Shown one piece after another: positions 63,483-64,000 of a stretch of DNA of 64,000 nt (within the stretch, counting starts at the first letter, position 1; every line of letters begins with the position of its first letter). A program made the position numbers and the translations under genes. The notes under the pieces were generated by a model. It saw nothing but the letters and a program-made list of their open reading frames with translations. It was not told where the DNA came from and did not search any database. The stretch comes from an uncultured Chroococcidiopsis sp. (GTDB taxonomy: Bacteria; Cyanobacteriota; Cyanobacteriia; Cyanobacteriales; Chroococcidiopsidaceae). The stretch is taken from NCBI GenBank assembly GCA_964248365.1, contig CAXTYC010000003.1, positions 160,001 through 224,000 of the forward strand, read 5' to 3'.

Positions 63483-63540
63483 GTAAGGGCGGGTTTAATT
63501 GAGATCTTGCAGCATTCTTAATCAGTACCAAAACCCGCCT
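63483..63540. repeat. REP doublet (REPIN-like); related copies at about 1881-1942 and 47879-47940
   Basis: GGGCGGGTTT ... AAACCCGCC(CCTAC) arms around a spacer of about 35 bp. Confidence 0.65.
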
Positions 63541-63604
63541 TGAAATTAATGTCAAGGAACCAATAACTTAAGTGCGTTTAAACGCACTGGTTGCCTCAAA
63601 CAGT

Positions 63605-63745
63605 AGACCTCTTGCAAAAGTCTTTTTTTTTGTTTCGCGCAATAGACTTGGACACCCCCCCCCGACCCCACGTAAAGTGTCCGCGCAAAGCCGCGATCGT
63701 TCGGAGGCAAAAAGTCTCGCGCAATTCTCCCTATGCAAGAAGTCT
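63605..63745. mobile_element. 141-bp MITE with IS5/ISL2-type ends
   Basis: AGACCTCTTGCA ... TGCAAGAAGTCT (one mismatch), AGT on both flanks; first 11 bp identical to the TIR of the IS at 40052. Confidence 0.8.
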
Positions 63746-63960
63746 AGTAGCTAGTCAGATTCATTCGAAGGAAGCTGTAAGCCGAGGAATTTATTCCCTA
63801 GCGGACTTGGACACGTGGTGCAAGATGTGAATTAACCTAGATTTGGGTAAAAAACGAGTTAAAAGCAATAAACCCGCCCTATTGTAAGAAGCTTAATAGT
63901 TAAATAGCCTTTGTCAGTGGGAATCCTAAAAGTAAAAGGATAATCCCCAGATCTACGGTT

Positions 63961-64000
63961 ATGACTCAGCCCAATATTAAAGAACTCGTGCAGACAGATG
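63961..64000 (+). CDS. Possible start of a gene running off the window
   Basis: ATG ACT CAG CCC AAT..., open to the window end. Confidence 0.35.
   Translation, partial: MTQPNIKELVQTD

Overview
64 kb of cyanobacterial chromosome, identified by abundant HIP1 GCGATCGC, heptameric STRR arrays and REP-like palindromes; the repeat content resembles Nostocales or Chroococcidiopsidales, but the lineage is not determinable here. Most of it is housekeeping: ppk1, Mn-type sod, panC-cmk, rlpA, purM, hglK-like, petBD, ctpA, nfi, selU/mnmH, the Omp85-lpxC-fabZ-lpxA-lpxB cluster, purC, ggt, SNF2/SWIM, pnp, tpiA and folP. The main accessory region is a ~6.3 kb block (34638-40961) between the two halves of a Tat-signal aldo/keto reductase gene. 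It holds a truncated sulfate-binding-protein paralogue, an intact pstSCAB-like operon, a divergent truncated cysteine synthase/CBS gene and an IS5-family element. The PstS-like protein lacks the family's phosphate-binding motifs (DGSSTV is DGGAVG, SEDDN is SNNQN). Its promoter region carries two copies of a 24-bp operator-like motif, one on each side of the divergent pair. My best candidate for an undescribed system is a Pst-derived, sulfur-regulated transporter for an oxyanion other than phosphate; this is inference. Also present: a MITE of the same IS family, nested small repeats, several unannotated pseudogenes and STRR-derived in-frame peptides. No rRNA, tRNA or CRISPR array was seen. Family assignments are from motif recognition by eye, not database searches.
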